From an uncultured Gammaproteobacteria bacterium (GTDB lineage Bacteria; Pseudomonadota; Gammaproteobacteria; UBA9214), in assembly GCA_963827755.1 (NCBI GenBank), contig CAWHCQ010000004.1, forward strand, positions 96,001 through 160,000: a stretch of 64,000 nucleotides of DNA, given 5' to 3'. Numbering within the stretch: position 1 is the first letter of the stretch; each line of letters starts with the position of its first letter. The notes beneath the pieces are model-generated. The model ran no database searches, was not told the DNA's origin, and saw nothing but the letters and a program-made list of their open reading frames with translations. Made by a program: the position numbers and the translations under genes. This document shows positions 60,369 through 64,000 of the stretch, piece after piece.

Positions 60369-61595
60369 CTAGTACAGATAGTTCGCGTTGTTCAGGAATC
60401 GCGTAATCACGTCGGAATACACCGGCACCAGGTGGTAGGCCGGTTCAGCCCCTGTGCCGTTCCTGTCGAGCAGGCACTGGTGGTAGAGACGTTCCAGCAG
60501 CAGCCAGCTTTCCTCGCGGCTGCAACGAAATACGGCGCGATGGTCATCGACGCTCAGCTGGCCGTGTGCCGCCACCTCGGCAAGGGTAAACAGTTCCTCG
60601 CTGATCAGCTGCTTGAGCAGGCTGAAGTCCAGTTCGACAAGGGGCTGTATATCCCACAGCTTGTGTTCATCGATCACGAGGGAGCCAAGCAAATAGAAAA
60701 ATGCAAAATCCGGTTTGCCGTTACTGAGTCTGTGGAGTGTGGTCAATTGACGTGCAAGCGCGGGCAGGCTCTGCGGGTGATCAGTCGACGTTCCGGTGTC
60801 CGGCGTGATGCCGGATGCCTGCAGGCGTGCCGTCAGGCACTGCCCGAGTTCGGCCTCGCTGAACAGGGGCAGCTCGATTTGCCCGGAGAAAAAGCGGTCG
60901 GCACGGTAGACATAGGCCAGGCGACGCCAGGCGTATTGCTCGCAGCCCAGCACCCAGAAATGGCGTTGCTGGGTCGCGACCATGACGGCACCGAAAACAC
61001 GTATCGCCTCGTTGGCCCCCATGATACGGCAGGCCAGGAAGTGGCCGTTATCGATCGCAATGATGCTCGGTGTCATGCCGTTGAGGTATTCAAGCAGTTG
61101 CTCAACCGAATCAACCGGCTGCTCGCAGCCGACGATTGCGCAGAGTTGCGCCAGGGTATCGTTGATGTCATATGGCCGGTGTGTCAGCTCGCCGTAACGC
61201 CAGGCTTCATGGTCACCGACTTGTGTGGCCAGTTGCTGCAGGAAAGTAGTGATGCCACTGCCCTGGGGGCCGGTGACGGCGACCATGGAGCCGTGCCCGG
61301 TGCGCCACGTGCCGAGTGCTGCCAGCAACCGGTCTGACTGTTGCTTGCGTTCGACAAGACGTGCGTCACCTGCTGCCAGCGGTTCGACCGGGAAGGCCTG
61401 CAGCAGTGCTTGCGGCAACGCCATGTCCGCGTAGCGTTGCGCCCGGCGCACGGCCTGGGCAAGGCACAGGTCGATGTTCACCCTGATCGATTCGGCAGGC
61501 TCGTCCGGCCGGCCTCCGAGAAGCCGGAATACCCATCGAGACAGGCGGGAGAATGGTGCAGAAGCCAGGAAAGTTGTTTGCGTGGTATTTTTCAT
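60369..61595 (-). CDS. P-loop/AAA-like NTPase of unknown function
   Basis: Walker A-like GPQGSGITT (no Lys), IIAIDN Walker B-like; 9 bp upstream of mscS. Confidence 0.65.
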   Translation of the reverse strand: MKNTTQTTFLASAPFSRLSRWVFRLLGGRPDEPAESIRVNIDLCLAQAVRRAQRYADMALPQALLQAFPVEPLAAGDARLVERKQQSDRLLAALGTWRTGHGSMVAVTGPQGSGITTFLQQLATQVGDHEAWRYGELTHRPYDINDTLAQLCAIVGCEQPVDSVEQLLEYLNGMTPSIIAIDNGHFLACRIMGANEAIRVFGAVMVATQQRHFWVLGCEQYAWRRLAYVYRADRFFSGQIELPLFSEAELGQCLTARLQASGITPDTGTSTDHPQSLPALARQLTTLHRLSNGKPDFAFFYLLGSLVIDEHKLWDIQPLVELDFSLLKQLISEELFTLAEVAAHGQLSVDDHRAVFRCSREESWLLLERLYHQCLLDRNGTGAEPAYHLVPVYSDVITRFLNNANYLY

Positions 61596-61704
61596 CTTCT
61601 GCCTGATGATCGCATTATCCCGGCGACAGTGCCAACACGGCAATGCTGAAGCAGAATACCGGCGGGAAACGAAGGAGCGAACCCGCGAGCCGGTAACTCA
61701 TTGA

Positions 61705-63597
61705 CTAAACATCAGTCCGGCCTGTGATAGCGCCAGGGACCTGGTTTCCCTCTTCCATCTCCATCTCCAGCTCCAGCCAATTCTCCTCCAGCTCTGCCAC
61801 TTTTGCTTCCAGCCTTACATGCTCCATGTTCAGTTCACTGATCTTGTCGCGGTCGGGACTGGCGTAGGTAGCGGGGTCGGCTAGTTGCTCGCTGACTACA
61901 GCGAGTGCTGCCTGTGTGCTGGCCAGTTCGGTTTCGAGTTTGTTCTGCCTGGACTGCAACGCTTTCCGGTTGGGCCCGGGTCCGCTTTGCGTGCGCGGTT
62001 TTTCCTGCCGTGCCTGGGTGGCGGCTTCGCGCGGGCGACGGGTTTCGATCCAGCTCTTGTAGTCTTCCAGATCGCCATCGAACAGTTTGGCTTCACCATC
62101 GGCGACCAGCCATAGTTCGTCGGCCACGGCGCGGATCAGGCTGCGGTCGTGCGACACGATCACCACAGCACCCGTGTATTCCTCCAGCGCGATGGTGAGT
62201 GCATCGCGCATGTCCAGGTCGAGGTGGTTGGTGGGTTCGTCAAGCAGCAGCAGGTGCGGTTTCTGCCAGGCCAGCAGGGCGAGTGCAAGACGGCTTTTCT
62301 CACCACCCGAGAAACTCGCCACCGGACGGTCTTCACTGTCTCCGGCCAGACCGAAACGGCCGAGGAAGTTGCGCAGCGCCAGCGTGGTCTCCCCGGGCGC
62401 CAGGCGTTCCATGTGTTGGAGTGGCGTAGCTGCGATGTCGAGATTTTCCAGCTGATGCTGGGCGAAGTAGCCGATACGAATGTCGGGGGTGATCTCCAGC
62501 GTGCCCGAGGTGGGCTGCAAGGCTCCCGCCAGCAGTTTGATCAGCGTCGATTTGCCCGCGCCGTTGGGGCCGAGCAGGGCGATGCGCGCACCGGCACGCA
62601 GCACCAGTTTGATATTCCTGAACAGCATTTTGTCGCCATAGGCGAAGCCCATCTTTTCAGCGCGCATCAACAGGTCCGGGCTGCGTTCCGGTGCTTCGAT
62701 CTCCAGTTCAAAATAACCGTCGGTGACATGCACGGCGGCTATGCGTGTAATTCGATCCAGCGCCTTGATGCGGCTTTGCGCCTGTTTGGCCTTGGTGGCT
62801 TTGGCCCGGAAACGACGCACGAAGTTTTCCAGGTGTGCGATCTTTTCCTGCTGTTTGTTGAACGCCTGATTCTGCAGCGCGATCTTTTCTGTGCGGCTGC
62901 GCTCGAAGTCGTCGTAATCGCCGGTGTAGCAGTCCAGGGTTTTATCGTGCAGATGGGCGATGCGATTGACACAGGCATTGAGGAATTCGCGGTCGTGAGA
63001 AACCAGCAGGATGCTGCCGGGATAGCGCGCCAGGTATTGTTCGAGCCAGAGAATGGCTTCGAGATCGAGATGGTTGGTGGGTTCGTCCAGCAGCAACAGA
63101 TCGGCGCGATGCATCAGTGCACGCGCCAGATTCAAACGCATGCGCCAGCCGCCGGAGAAGCTGGTAACCGGACGGGTCAGGGTGTCGTTGGCAAAGCCAA
63201 GCCCGTTCAGCAGTTGCGCGGCACGTGCCCTGGAACCATAGCCATCGATGTCCTCAAAACGGTGCTGCGCATCGAACCATTCAGTATCGTGGTTTTCGTG
63301 CGCCAGCGTTTTCTCCAGTAGACGCAGTTCGGCATCACCGTCGAGTACGAACTCCAGCGCGGGCTGATCGGAGTTGACGATCTCCTGTTCGACGAACCCG
63401 ATGGTCTTTCCGGTCTGAATGGAAACCTCGCCGTCATCCGGCCTGATTACGCCGCGTATCAGGCGGAACAGCGTGGACTTGCCGCTGCCGTTCTTGCCGA
63501 CCAGACCGATGCGCTGGTTGGTATACGCCTGCAAGTTCACATTCCGGAGCAGCGGGATGCCGCCTTGCAGGTAAGACAGGTTCTGGATATTGAGCAT
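61705..63597 (-). CDS. yheS: ABC-F family ATPase (YheS-like)
   Basis: Two NBDs: GKNGSGKST/FSGGWRMR/LLLDEPTNHLD and GPNGAGKST/FSGGEKSR; linker RFRAKATKAKQAQSR. Confidence 0.85.
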   Translation of the reverse strand: MLNIQNLSYLQGGIPLLRNVNLQAYTNQRIGLVGKNGSGKSTLFRLIRGVIRPDDGEVSIQTGKTIGFVEQEIVNSDQPALEFVLDGDAELRLLEKTLAHENHDTEWFDAQHRFEDIDGYGSRARAAQLLNGLGFANDTLTRPVTSFSGGWRMRLNLARALMHRADLLLLDEPTNHLDLEAILWLEQYLARYPGSILLVSHDREFLNACVNRIAHLHDKTLDCYTGDYDDFERSRTEKIALQNQAFNKQQEKIAHLENFVRRFRAKATKAKQAQSRIKALDRITRIAAVHVTDGYFELEIEAPERSPDLLMRAEKMGFAYGDKMLFRNIKLVLRAGARIALLGPNGAGKSTLIKLLAGALQPTSGTLEITPDIRIGYFAQHQLENLDIAATPLQHMERLAPGETTLALRNFLGRFGLAGDSEDRPVASFSGGEKSRLALALLAWQKPHLLLLDEPTNHLDLDMRDALTIALEEYTGAVVIVSHDRSLIRAVADELWLVADGEAKLFDGDLEDYKSWIETRRPREAATQARQEKPRTQSGPGPNRKALQSRQNKLETELASTQAALAVVSEQLADPATYASPDRDKISELNMEHVRLEAKVAELEENWLELEMEMEEGNQVPGAITGRTDV

Positions 63598-63829
63598 GGA
63601 CGCGATGATAACAGACCGATAAAAGTGACGATGCTATTGTCAAAGTAATCGCAAAGAAGAGAAAATATGGAGCAAAATACATATGGAAACACCGATCTAT
63701 TCGTCATTGCGACGACAGCATGTATGCAGGAGATAGAGTATCTGCAGCAGGTGCCCAAGGACAGTAAGTTGCGCTCCCGAATTGTCCGAAAGTTGCCAAA
63801 TTTACCTGCTCATTCCCGCCCCCGGGTCT

Positions 63830-63868
63830 TTGCCGCAAGCGGTATCGAAAAGATACCGCCCGCGGCAA
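63830..63868. terminator. Hairpin downstream of the last gene
   Basis: TTGCCGC-aa-GCGGTATC-gaaaa-GATACCGC-cc-GCGGCAA. Confidence 0.5.
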
Positions 63869-63876
63869 GGATTAAA

Positions 63877-64000
63877 TTACCAGCGCTTGCCGGAACCTTT
63901 TCCATGACCACGGTCCTGGCGTAGCCCGGAGAACTTTTCGCGCTGCGCAACGCTCAGCTGGGCACGGATGTCGGCAGTGGTTTTGGCATGCAGCAGCATC
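63877..64000 (-). CDS. 3' end of probable Spy/CpxP-family periplasmic protein
   Basis: ...AKTTADIRAQLSVAQREKFSGLRQDRGHGKGSGKRW*; LSVAQ resembles the LTxxQ motif. Confidence 0.5.
   Translation of the reverse strand, partial: MLLHAKTTADIRAQLSVAQREKFSGLRQDRGHGKGSGKRW

Noticed and set aside
63667-63924. 85-aa plus-strand ORF
   Set aside because: No motif or clear RBS, and it overlaps the hairpin and 3' end of the minus-strand Spy/CpxP-like gene.

Overview
64 kb of a GC-rich gammaproteobacterial chromosome. Gene content and order suggest a Chromatiales/Thiohalobacterales-like organism (inference). The left two-thirds is mostly conserved core: folE2-ispA-xseB, rubrerythrin-RFO-DUF3501, parE-parC, adenylate cyclase / DUF1015 / fimX / fimW-like, epmB-efp-epmA, an Mla/MCE-type ABC transporter, trmJ-cysE-iscR, hsp20, an RND pump and c-di-GMP enzymes. 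The right third is more accessory. It holds a B12-binding CarH/LitR regulator with a divergent cluster of small membrane proteins, DUF393, a cupredoxin, an SDR, hemH and a methyltransferase, followed by an M1 peptidase/ChaN pair and nhaA. It also carries a ZorA/ZorB (Zorya-type) pair with no zorC/D/E effector nearby; the ZorA tail is built from about 5 tandem 120-bp (40-aa) repeats. The main leads are: this orphan repeat-extended ZorAB; DUF1015 occupying the usual serB position; dxs missing from xseB-ispA-folE2; the photolyase-less CarH/LitR cluster; and an ICE/PerR-like operator on the rubrerythrin promoter. Several genes carry small frameshifts that look like assembly indels. No tRNA, rRNA or CRISPR array was seen. 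All calls come from motif recognition by eye; no database searches were run.
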